Positions 50,884 through 63,900 of a stretch of 64,000 nucleotides of DNA are shown in pieces. This DNA is from Histomonas meleagridis 2922-C6/04-290x. Its lineage: Eukaryota > Protista > Parabasalia. The position numbers and the translations under genes are program-made. Location: NCBI GenBank assembly GCA_020184695.1, contig JAANOX010000248.1, positions 1-64,000 of the forward strand. The letters are read 5' to 3'. The notes under the pieces were generated by a model. The model searched no databases. It was given only the letters and a program-made list of their open reading frames with translations, and had not been told where the DNA came from. Numbering within the stretch: position 1 is the first letter of the stretch; each line of letters starts with the position of its first letter.

Positions 50884-51954
50884 AAAACAGGTGGAAACTT
50901 CCAACTCTAACAAAAATAAAAATTAAAAACGTTGTTTTACTACTTTTCGAATTTAAGCACAAAAAGCCAAGACACAATAATTTTTCTCAAATAAATTGAG
51001 TAAATTCCAGTTTCAACAAGATGGAAATTTCAGTCATCAATAAGGAGAAATTTCACTTTTTTTTATTAACCTATAACAATCATGTCTTGATAAGATAATA
51101 ATTGCTTTTAAAGATAAGTTTACCAAACAATATAATGTTTATAGAGAGGTCGTAAATCTTCATATGGAATTTTTCTCAAAAACGGCTTATGGTTTTTTAT
51201 GATTTCTTGCATAATTAAAGTTAATAATGTGATGATATTATATTTCGCAAAAAGTGCATTGGTGAATTCTTCAAAAAAGTAGATTTAAGGAAAAAAAAAT
51301 CCACTTTTTGTATCAACATTCGTTCTGAAAATGATATTTTCCTTTTTTATACAATATATTTATATTTTATTTTTTTTGAATATAGTTAGAAAACTAATAG
51401 TTAATTTCATATTCAAGAGTAATCAAAGATTCCTTTCGTAATTTCACCAAAAAAACAGATTTAAAATATGCATCTTGTGTTTTGATAAATTTATATGATT
51501 TATTCTAAAAGTGCCGTGTTTTTCGATTTTCGTTTAATTAATTTTTACCGCCATTTTTTTCCTAGATATGAAGATGAAAAAAAAATTTGCACCTGAATAA
51601 TTTCGTGATAGTTATACTAACCAGATGCTAAATGATCTTTCTTCAAGAGGTCGTAAATCTTAACAAAAAAACAAATGAACCTAAAAATACATATAAATGA
51701 AGAATAATGAATTTATTGTTCACTTAAAATATTGAATAAAATTATTAAATTAATTTGAAATTATTTCTTGGATTGCAATTCATTTTTTTATCAATATTAG
51801 AAAAAAACAATTTTTTATCCTAACAACTAAGCATTGCCTATTCCAAACATTGATAATCTGAAATAGTTAGCCAAAAAAATATTTAGGTGAAATGTTTGCT
51901 ATTGGTCGTTCAAGATTTTTATTGAATGAATAACGACCGTTTAGGAAACATTGG

Positions 51955-51959
51955 TCATT
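51955..51959 (+). promoter_or_regulatory. Initiator-like TCATT upstream of the midasin ATG
   Basis: ggTCATTcataATG; matches the trichomonad Inr consensus. Confidence 0.5.
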
Positions 51960-51963
51960 CATA

Positions 51964-54900
51964 ATGTGGGAAAATCGCGTACGCTGTTTATGTGAAACAT
52001 TTCCTGGTGTATTTGATGGCTTATTAGCAGGAAATGACGAAGATCAAATTTTTCAATTCATTAAAAGTAAAATATTAAATGAAAATTATTGGGAAGAAAT
52101 TACAAAATATTTTTCACCAATAATATTGCACCTTGTTTCAGAAATTTGTCTTGATTGCGTATCAGATCAAAATTCTAATGATTTACCAGTTGTTATTTTA
52201 TTTTCAAATTTGATTTATAATTTTCCATCAATTGAGCCATTAGTTCATTTTTTCTTTTCATATAAACCAGCACACGCTTCACCACATGTCAGAGAGTTCG
52301 AATATTTAAGATCACTTTTCCGAATTCGTTCAGCAATTGGCGATTCACTAGAGCTAAAAGCATCATTCTTTATAGGTCTTCTTGATGAACAGCTTCCAGA
52401 AGATTCTTCTTATTATTTAACCTCATTAATATCAATCGTTCAAAACTTAACAGAAAAAGAGGCAACATCATTAATATCATCCAAATGTCAAAGTGATCTT
52501 CAAGCTCAACTTTTTTTCACAGAATCCCAATTTATTTCACATAAAATTGAATTTGTAGATTTTGGCCCATTTTCATATGAAACCCAATTTGCTACATCCA
52601 TTGAAGGCGTACCGTTTTTACGATCTCTTTCATCTAATCAACATTCACAAATTACTACCACATCACCACATGCCAAATATTTAGCTTTAGCAATGCTTAC
52701 TAATAAACCAGTCCTTGTTACAGGTCCAGCGGGCAGTGGTAAGACCACACTAATCCAACAATTAGCATCATTAGCAGGCGTTGAAGTAACTTCACTTCAT
52801 CTTGGGTCAGCAGTGGATGCGAAGTCACTTTTAGGCGGATATATATGCGGTGAAGTTCCCGGTGAATTTCGATGGATGGATGGGCCACTTACATCAGCTA
52901 TTCGTACTAATGAGAAGTGGATTATTTTAGAACAAATTGAAGAAGCCTCATCCGAAGTTATGGCTATTATTTCACCTTTATTAAGTGAGAAAAAACTTTT
53001 TATTCCAGGAAGATCAGAAACTATTAAAGCAGGATATAATATGCGAATATTTGCTACAAGTTTTCAACAACTTGAATCTTCATTATGGTCAAAGATTAAA
53101 GTTGATTTTCTTGAAGATGATAAATTAATTGAAGCTATTTTAAAGAAACATCCAACTGTTCAAGTAATTTTAGATAAAATAATTTCATCATGGAAAGTTT
53201 GTGGATTAACATATCATGAATTATTTAGGAGTTGTCATCGCTTAGAACAATTTGGATTATCACCAAATAAATCGGTAACAAATGAAACATATTTAGCTAT
53301 GTATAAAACAATTGTTGATACATATACATCACATTTAAGTGACATTGAAAAGCGATTAGAATATGCAATTAAAATTGCCGAAATTTGGGATTTATCACGA
53401 GTTGAAGCAGAAGCATATTTATTATATGATAAACCTAAACTTATATTAAATCCATTTCAAATTGGGTCAATTACATTACCATTTTTAAATGACCCTAAAC
53501 CAGTCACTGATTTTGCTCCGACATTTACATCATTACATCATATGGAAAGTGTTGCAAGAGCTATTGATATGTCAGAACCAGTATTAATCATTGGTGAAAC
53601 AGGTACAGGTAAAACTACGTTAGTCCAATTTATAGCATCTTCAATTGGAGCGGAATTAACTGTTATTAATATGCATCATCAAAGTGATACACTTGATATC
53701 CTTGGTGGATTTAAACCAGTAGATTTAATTACATTATTACAACCAATATATGATAAGTTCCAAATTCTTTTTAAGAAATCTTTTTCACAAGAAAAGAATG
53801 CACAATATTTAAATTTAATTGATCAAAAATTCGGCCAAAAATTATGGGAACAATTTCTTAAAGGTGTAGTTAAAGCATCACAAAATGGTTTACAAAAGAA
53901 AAATCTTAATGAAGATATTAAAAATGAATGGAAATCATTACAAACTTCTGCGTTAGGATTTTTAAGTCGTAATGATTTCTTAGTTCGAGATTTTGCTTTT
54001 GGTTTTGTCGAAGGACCTTTAACTACAGCTTATAAAGAAGGTAAATGGATATTATTAGATGAAGTAAATTTAGCACCACCAGAAACATTATTAGCTTTAG
54101 CACCAATTATTGATGGATATTTAACATTACCTAATGGAGAAATAATTAAGAAACATCCAAACTTCCGATTATTTTGTTGTATGAATCCTGCTACTGATGT
54201 TGGTAAAGTTAATTTACCAGAAACATTAAAACATAAATTCATTTCGATATTTACTGATGAAACAAGTAGTGAAAATGATATTAAATTAATCTTAGAACAA
54301 AGAAAAGTTAATTTACAATTCCATCAAATTATTTATGATTTTTATACTAAAGCTAGAGAAATGTCCAAAAGTGTTTTAGTAGATGGAGGAGGTCAACGAG
54401 TATTATATTCATTACGAGCTTTAACTAGAGCAATTTTATATATGAACAAAGCAGAACCTTTATTCGGCCCTTATCGTGCATGTTATGATGCTTTATCAAT
54501 GTCATTTGCTTCACCATTATCACCTGAATCATCTGAACGCTTATTATCAGTATTAAATTCAATGATACAACCTATCGATAAAGAAATTAAAAAACAAGAA
54601 TTCCAAGATTTAATAGAAGTTGAAGGATTTTATTTAAAGAAAGGTCCTTTACCAATTAAACAAAGAAATGATTTTATATTAACACCTACAGCTAAACATC
54701 ATTTAAAACTTTTAGCACAAGCAGTTTTCTTAAGAACTTCTCCAATCTTATTACAAGGTCCTACATCAAGTGGTAAAACTTCAATCATCGAATATTTAGC
54801 AGATATTACAGGTCATGAATTTGTCCGTATTAATAATCATGAACATACAGATATGTCTGAATATATTGGAGGGTATTCTACATCAGAAACAGGAAAATTC

Positions 54901-57900
54901 GAATTTATTGATGGAGCTTTAGTTAGAGCTATTAGAAATGGTTCATGGGTAGTATTAGATGAACTCAATTTAGCACCTTCTGATGTTCTTGAAGCATTAA
55001 ATCGACTTTTAGATCAAAATAATCAATTATATGTAGCGGAAACTCAAACACTTATAAATCCTGCACCTTCTTTTATGCTCTTTGCTACACAAAATCCTCC
55101 TGGTGCTTATGGAGGTCGAAAACAACTTTCTCGAGCTTTTAGAGGACGATTTGTAGAAATTCATATTGATGAAATTCCACCATTAGAATTAACAAATATT
55201 TTAATTGAACGATGTAATACAGCGCCACCATTTGCTAAAGCTATGGTACAAATATTATTAGATTTACGAAGAGTTCGACAATTCTCACAAATATTTGCTG
55301 GGAAACATTCATTTTTAACTGTACGTGATCTTTTAAGATGGGCTATGCGTGGACCAGATACTTGGCAATTAGTAGCTAATGAAGGATTTGCTTTATTAGG
55401 TGAAAGACTTCGAACTAAAGAAGAACGAGATATAATTCAAAACACAATTACAAAGAATTGTAAGATTGATATTAATTTTAATTTCCAAAAGCCAGATATT
55501 GATGATATAGATGTAGTATGGACTACAGGAATGATTCGATCAGTTGGATTATTAATGAAATGTGTAGAGAATAAAGAACCTGCATTATTAATCGGTGAAA
55601 CAGGTACAGGTAAAACTACTTCTATACAAGTAATATCAAAATTACTTAATCGAAATTTAAGGATTTTAAATTGTCATCAACATACTGAAACTTCTGATTT
55701 CATAGGTGCTATGAGACCTTCACGAAATGAAGATGGGAAATTATTTGAATGGAAAGATGGGTCATTAGTTGAAGCAATGAAAAATGGTGATATATTTTTA
55801 ATGGATGAAATTTCTTTAGCTCAAGATTCTGCTTTAGAAAGATTAAATTCTGTTTTAGAAACTGGAAGAACTTTAGCTATAGCTGAAAAACCTGAATATG
55901 AAATAGTTCATGCACATGAAAATTTCTTTTTCGTTGCTACGATGAATCCTGGTGGTGATTATGGGAAACGTGAATTATCACCTTCATTAAGAAATAGATT
56001 TACTGAAATTTGGGTACCTTCAATAGATAGTGATGAAGATTTACTTGAAATACTTTCTTCTAATTCAACACAAGAAGAAACAAAAGAAAATGTAATTTTG
56101 TTTTTAAAGTTTGTACGATTTTATACAAATTTAAATAAGTCATTAAAGAATATCTCACTTAGAGATATACTTCAATGGATTAAATTTGTCGATTTAAGAG
56201 TTAGTGAAGGATTTTCATTTAATGAATCATATATTCATGGAGCATTTATGGTATTTATTGATTGTATTTCACCTAATTTAAGAAAAGAATGTATTAATTT
56301 CATATCAGATCAATTACAAATAGAAATCACAGAATTCCCTCATAATGTATTTTATGAAAATGATGAAATGTTTATTGGTAGTTTTAAGTTACCTAAAGGT
56401 CCATTATTTGATCCTAATAAAACATCTAAGTTTATATTTAATGCACCTACTACATCACAAAATCTTTTACGTGTAGGTAGAGCAATGCAAATGAATTTAC
56501 CTGTTTTAATAGAAGGTCCACCAGGTGTAGGGAAGACTTCATTAATTACTTCATTAGGTGAAATATTAGGGTTTAATGTAGTACGTATTAATTTAAGTGA
56601 ACATACAGAAATGCTTGATTTAGTTGGTAGTGAATTACCTGTTGAAGATGAAGAATCAGGTAAATTTGCTTGGAGAGATGGAGCGTTTTTAACAGCATTA
56701 AAGAATGGTGATTGGGTAATTCTTGATGAATTAAATTTGGCTTCACAATCAGTTTTGGAAGGTTTAAATAGTTGTTTAGATCATAGAGCTTCTTTATTTA
56801 TACCTGAATTAGGATGTGAATTTAAATGTCATCCACAATTTAGAATATTCGGATGTCAAAATCCTGCTAATGAAGGTCATGGTCGAAAATCTTTACCAAG
56901 ATCATTTTTAAATCGTTTTATACGTGTTTATGTAGAAGAATTAACTTCGAATGATTTCGAATTTATTATATCAAATTGTTATGAAAATATTAATTTAGAA
57001 TTACGTCAATTAATGATTAAATTTATGACAAAAATTAATGAGTTAAATCTTGATTTCGAATTTAATTTAAGAGATGTATTTAGATTTTGTGAATTAATTA
57101 ATAATAATATTACTCCACAAAAAGCTTTAACTTTATTATTCATATATAGAATTAGAACTTCAATTGAACGTAATAAAGTATTAAATATTGCTTATGAAAT
57201 ATTTGGTAAATTTGATCCTAATTTTACACCTTTTAATATATCTCCTAATTTAATACGTATTGGTGATTTAATTATTGAAAGAAATGGTTTATATTTACCA
57301 ACTAATTTAATAATTCATCCAACGATTTTACCATCGATTGAAGCAATTTTAACTTGTTCTATAATGAAATGGCCTGGTTTAATAGTTGGATCTACAGCTA
57401 CATCCAAATCTTCAATCACTAGATTAGCAGCACATATTATTGGACGTAAATTAGTTGAATTCTCTATGAATTCATCAGTAGATACAACTGAATTATTAGG
57501 TGGATTTGAACAAATGGATAATCATCGATGTTTTGAACAATTACGCTCTAAAATCAAATTAAATGATTCTATTTCATTATCAATATTAGAATCGATTACT
57601 ACACCAGAAGAATTATATAATTTTATTATCACAAATGCAACAATATTTGATGAACAAATTATTAAAGAAGCTAATGAATTAATTAAAAGGAAAAATGATC
57701 CAGGACGATTTGAATGGGTTGATGGACTTTTACTTCAAGCTATGAGAAATGGTTGGTGGATCATTATAGATAATGCTAATTTATGTCCACCAGCAGTATT
57801 AGATCGATTAAATCCTTTATGTGAGCCAGGAGGTTATTTAACATTAAATGAAAGAGGTATAGTTAATGATACTATTGAAACAATTTATCCTCATGAAAAC

Positions 57901-60900
57901 TTTCGACTTTTTATGACTGTTGATCCACATTATGGAGAAATTTCTCGAGCTATGAGAAATCGATCAATCGAAATATATTTATCGAATTATCAAGAACGAC
58001 AAAATGATCCATTATTAATAGAAGAATGTTGTTCTTTAGGAGATGATTATGGAGAAGAATTTTATGAATTAATTAAGAAATGTGAACATCAAGAATTAAT
58101 GCAATTATCTTCATGGAATATGATATCATTTTCACAATTTAAGAAATCGACAAAAGTTATACAATTAGGTTTAGATTCAGTCAACTTTAATATTGTTACA
58201 TGTGAATTAACTACAAATCAAAATAAATTAACTCGTTCTAATTCATCAATGTTAAACTTAAAACAACATAAAACAATAACTTCAAGTTATAAATTTATAC
58301 CTTTAAGTAATACTATTTTATTAAATATATTATATGATGCTCAATATATAATACAAAAAGGTATTAATCCTGCTGCAATTAAATTCTTTATATCTCAAAG
58401 TAGATCAAATGATTTTGAAAGTAGAATTATATTTTCCGAAAATTGGAATGAAGTTTATAAAATAATTCATATGTTCCAAGATTCTGATATATTACAATTT
58501 AATGAAGATTTACCTATAGATCCTTTAACTTGGCCTAAACCTATTAAAACTAATTCATTTTTAACACATTATTTAATATTAACATTAAATTTAGAGCCTA
58601 AATTTATACAAGAAGTTCAAGATATTGATATAGAATTAAATATGTCAACTTTAATACCTAATTTTTATAATGAATTAATTGAACAAATTAAACTTGGAAT
58701 ACAAACTAATTCAATAGATTTTTATACATTAGTTATATTATATGCTATAAATTCATTTAATAATCATAATATTAATAGTTTCCCATTATTTAAATTCTTA
58801 AATTCATTATTAAAGAAATCAAATTTAACATTAGATATTACACCAATTACTTCAATAATTTGTCCTGAGAATTCAATTGAAGCTAAAAAATATCGTAAAG
58901 CTTTAGGTGAACCATTTTCTTTCAAGTCAGAATATACATTTAATTTATGGAATGAAATTAATCAATATTGGAAAGATTTATATGAACGATCTATAACATC
59001 ATTTATATCACAATCTTCATCAATTATAACAATGTTAACAACAATAATTAATTCACAAGATATTATAGTTAAAGATATTGAACAAATATTTAATAAACTT
59101 AAAGAAGTACCAATTGAAGAAATAAATTCTATTTCATTTATTGATCAAATTGAAAATAATGATTTTGATATTATTGAAGAATATAAAATTATTAATTTAG
59201 CTACTCCTTATCCATCTGAAATATTACAAGAATTATCTATTAAGTCATTAATATTTAATATATTAAAATCAATACAAAATAATGAACCAATTAATTTATT
59301 ACAATATTATAATGTACCATTAGATTTAATATCTTTTGTTAATTCTTATAATACTACAAATAATTTTATTGATCTTTCATTTGTTTTATTTGAATTAATT
59401 AATCAAATTAATAAAGAAGTATTAGTTGATATATCATTTTCAACTTTACAAACTATAATAAAACGTCGTGAAACTTTAATAGAATCAACACATTCAAATC
59501 GATTAAAGAATGATATGTATCATTTATTAAAATCAATACCAATACTTGATCATAATATAATATTAACAATGTTATCTAATTTTATAAATATTGAAGCAAA
59601 TAAATTATCAATTACAAATGTTGATCCAACTACCTTTAATGAAACTTTATATAATTTTTCAGTAGAAAAATGGTCAAAAATTTCTTTATTAACAGAAATG
59701 GATGATTCATATTATCATATGAATATCAGTGAATTTTCAAAAGAAATTTTAACACAATTACAAAATGAAAAAGAAATTACAAATGAAATTATGTTCTCAA
59801 GAATTGGTAATAATGAAACATTATTAAATGAACAATATAATCAACAAATTAATTTGATTAATAATATATATAATAAATCAATCATTAAATCTAAGTTTAG
59901 AGGTTCTACATCATTACAACAATTTATTAAACTTAAATCAATTATTAAAAGAATTGAAATAATTAATGATAAAGATTATGCTAAAAGTTATGATGAAAGT
60001 AGTAATTCATTAATATTTGAATTCCCACTTTATAGAGATATTACTATACCATTAATTACTACATTACGTCAATTATCATTTTCGATTTTATTTAATGAAC
60101 CAGAAAATTCGACAATTTTTTCATTACCTTTTACTGGTGAAATATTAATACCACAAATATTAGAAACTAATACTCCTTATTGGCCTTTAACATTTACATT
60201 AATAGGTAGAACAAATATTATTCATCCGCCATTAGAATTTGAACTTCCTAAATTAAACACTGGATTCCAAACTCAATCAGAAGAAGAAAAAGCAGCACAA
60301 CAAATCGAAGAATTATTTACTAAACAAAAGAAAGATGAATTAAATGTATTAGCTTCATGTTTTATAGAATCAATACTTACACCTGATTTAATACAAACAG
60401 ATAAATTATTAAAGATGTATTATAAACAAATCGAAAAACTTAAAATCGAAAAGCCTTCAATTGAAGAAGATATATCATATTTACCAATTTTATTATATAT
60501 ATTATCGAAACATAATAATGAAAACAAAAAAGAAAAAATTAATATATATCAAAAATCTTCAACAGAAGATATTGAAGAATTATTACGAATTATTACTAAA
60601 ATATTACAAATTGTTAATAACCTTTGGCCTAAATATCCAGGACATGATTTATTACGTAGAATTACTAAATCAGCAGATATAATATTATCAAAAGAAATCG
60701 ATACACCATTAAATGATTTTCTTGAAGAATTAGAAATTTTAATGAATTTAATTAGAAATTGGCAAAATAAAGAACGAGATTTCGGTGAAATATTATTCCC
60801 AATGGTTACATTAGCTAATAAATTCTTAAAATTAAGATTAAATTCATGGAAACAAATCTTTGAAACACGACGAAAAGTATTACAAGAAAATATTGGACGA

Positions 60901-63900
60901 AGTTTTTATTTATTATTAGCTGAATTAAGTGAATGTACTATAGAAACTATTCCACAATTCTTTGATTCTGTTCGAGATTTCTTAGAAAAGTCATCAATAG
61001 GTTTATTAGCTTCAAATATTAAATTAATTGAAGCATTTGCTTTATATTCATTAAGATTACCTGTAGGTAAAATGATATTTTCTTTATTAATGAATTTAAT
61101 TGCTAAATTTAAACGATTTTTACCTGTTATAGAAAATTATATTTCAACTCAAATTAAACCACTTGAAAAGAAAATGAAAGAATTTATTGATTTACAAAAT
61201 TGGGATATAAATTCCGATAAAAAACATTTCTTAAAAATTGATACTGTTAAACGACAATTAAATAAATATTGTCAAGAAAACATATCTATAATTTCATATC
61301 AATTTAAACAATTAATTGATCAATTTTCAATTACAATATCACAAGAAACAGAAATTCCTTATCGTGGAAAATCAGAACTTGATGAGAAATGTGACGAACT
61401 ATTAAATAATGAAAAACCTTTAAGTGATAGAGTTTATGAAGCTAGAAGATATGCTAATAATGTATTAGAAATATCATCAGGCGAAAATCAAAAACGTAAA
61501 GATTTAGAATCTGTTTTAATATTATATGGTAATCCTTCATTATATGGTAAAGATTTTGAACGACATAATTATTTATATGGTGAATTATTAATATTATTAA
61601 ATCGTATTCGAAGTTTATGGGCTACACCACATCAAGATTTAATTACTGAATCACGTGATATATTAGGATTAACAGAGAATTTAATTATTTATATAATCGA
61701 AAAACGTACTGAACTATTTATTGAACCATTTATATATAAAAATGATTATAAATTTATATATAATCAAATATTATATATATTAAACTCATTTAAGAACTTT
61801 GAAAATGATAAAAATATAACAGAAGCAATTAATAAACTTAATTCATTAAATCAACTTCAAGATTTACCTATTGCTGATATCATTCAACAACTTAAAGATT
61901 TAACATTATTATTAAAAGAGAATTATATTCATTATAGTATATTTGTCTTTATACAAAAGTCAATTGAAATATTAACAAATATTCCAGAACCAATTAAACA
62001 ACAAAGCAAAACATCACAAAAGAAACTTAATGAACATTTATCATTATTAAGATTTAGTGTAGCGACGTTACATATTTTTTCGGTAGCATTAACAGAAGGT
62101 TATGGTAATAATAATGATGAAGAAAATAATGATGAACCACAACAATGTGAAGGTACTGATGGAATTGGTTTAGGCGAAGGTAAAGGTGATGAAGATATTA
62201 CTAATGAAATTGAAGATGAAGATCAATTAATTGGTGATAATGTTAATACTAATAAAGATCAACAAACAGAAGAAGATGTTAATGAAGAAGGAGGATTTGA
62301 AGTAGAGCCTGAGTTTGAAGGTGGTGCGGATATAAATGCACAAGAAGAAGAAGAACAAATGGATGATGAAATGGGTGATGCTAATACTGATGAAGCTATG
62401 GAATCACGTGAAACTAAAGATGATAGTAAAGAAGCTGATAAAGAAGGAGAACTTGACACTCAAAATAAAGAAGAAAAATTAAATGGTGATGAAGAATCAA
62501 ATGGTAATTCTGATATTGATGATGAAGATAATAAGAAGAAACCGAATGAAAGTGAAATGGAATTAGAAGAAGTTGAAGAAGATCAATTCGAAAGTGATGC
62601 TGCACAATGGAATGAAAATCCAGAAGAAATTAAAATGGATATTGATGATGATCGAATGATAGAAAATAATTCGGAAGGTAATGAAGAAGAAGAAATTAGT
62701 GATGAAGTTATTGAAGAATTACCACCGGATATTGAAGATGAGAAAGATGAATTCTTAGGCAAAACTGCACCAGATAAACATAACATTGAAAATGAAGAAG
62801 ATGAATGTGAAGATATGGAAATGGAAGGAGAAGGTAAAGGCGAAGCTCCAGGAGAAGGTACTGAAGGAAGTGGAAGTGATGAAAATGAAAATAATGAAGA
62901 AGAAGAAGATAAAAAAGAAGAAAATGAAAATGATAAGTTGAAAGATATCGAAAAAGAATTACAAATTGTTGAACGGAAATTACTTAATAAGAATAAGAAA
63001 CTTAAAGAAGGAGGCGAAGGAGGTCAAATCGATAATGATACGAATGAAGGTATTATATTACCAGCTGATGAAGCAGAAGAACATGATCCAGAGAAAGAAG
63101 TCCAAGAAAATTATGAAGAGAAAGATAATGAAAATGAAGACAAAGAATTAAATGAAGAAAACACAACAAACATTGAAGCAGATGAATATATGACAGTAGA
63201 ACGTGATACAGAAGGATTTACGCATATTAAATTCGAATCATTACCTAATAATCAAATTAATAATGGTAATATTTATCATAATGAATTTAATGTTTTACCA
63301 AGAACAAATATTACTGAAGAAGGAAGAATTAGATGGCAAAACGTTGTTAATAATACACGTGAAAGTTCTGCTGATTTATGTGAACAACTTCGATTAATAT
63401 TAGAAAGTACAGTATCGACAAAAATGCGCGGCGACTTCCGAACTGGTAAACGCTTAAACATGCGAAAGATTATACCATTTATTGCAAGTGGGTTCCGTAA
63501 AGATAAAATATGGATGCGAAGGATTCAACCTGATCAACGTAACTATCAAATTATGTTATGCATTGATAATAGTTTAAGTATGCAAGACGGAGTTGGAGAA
63601 TTAGCATTACAATCCGTGTGTTTGATTATCCAATCATTAACATTATTAGGCATTGGAGAACTTAGTGTTATAAAGTTCGGAGATGTCATCGAAATTGTAC
63701 ATCAATTCGGCGAACAATGGAATGATGAAACAGGTTCACTTATGATGGACGCATTTAAATTCGACGAAGAGAAAACAAAAGTCGACGAGTTACTGAGGGC
63801 ATTGATCGACTATTTGAACGACAAAAAGAAAAACAACGCAATGCAAATAGTGTTCATAATCAGTGACGGACTGTTCTCGAATAAGGAAAGTGTGAAAGAT

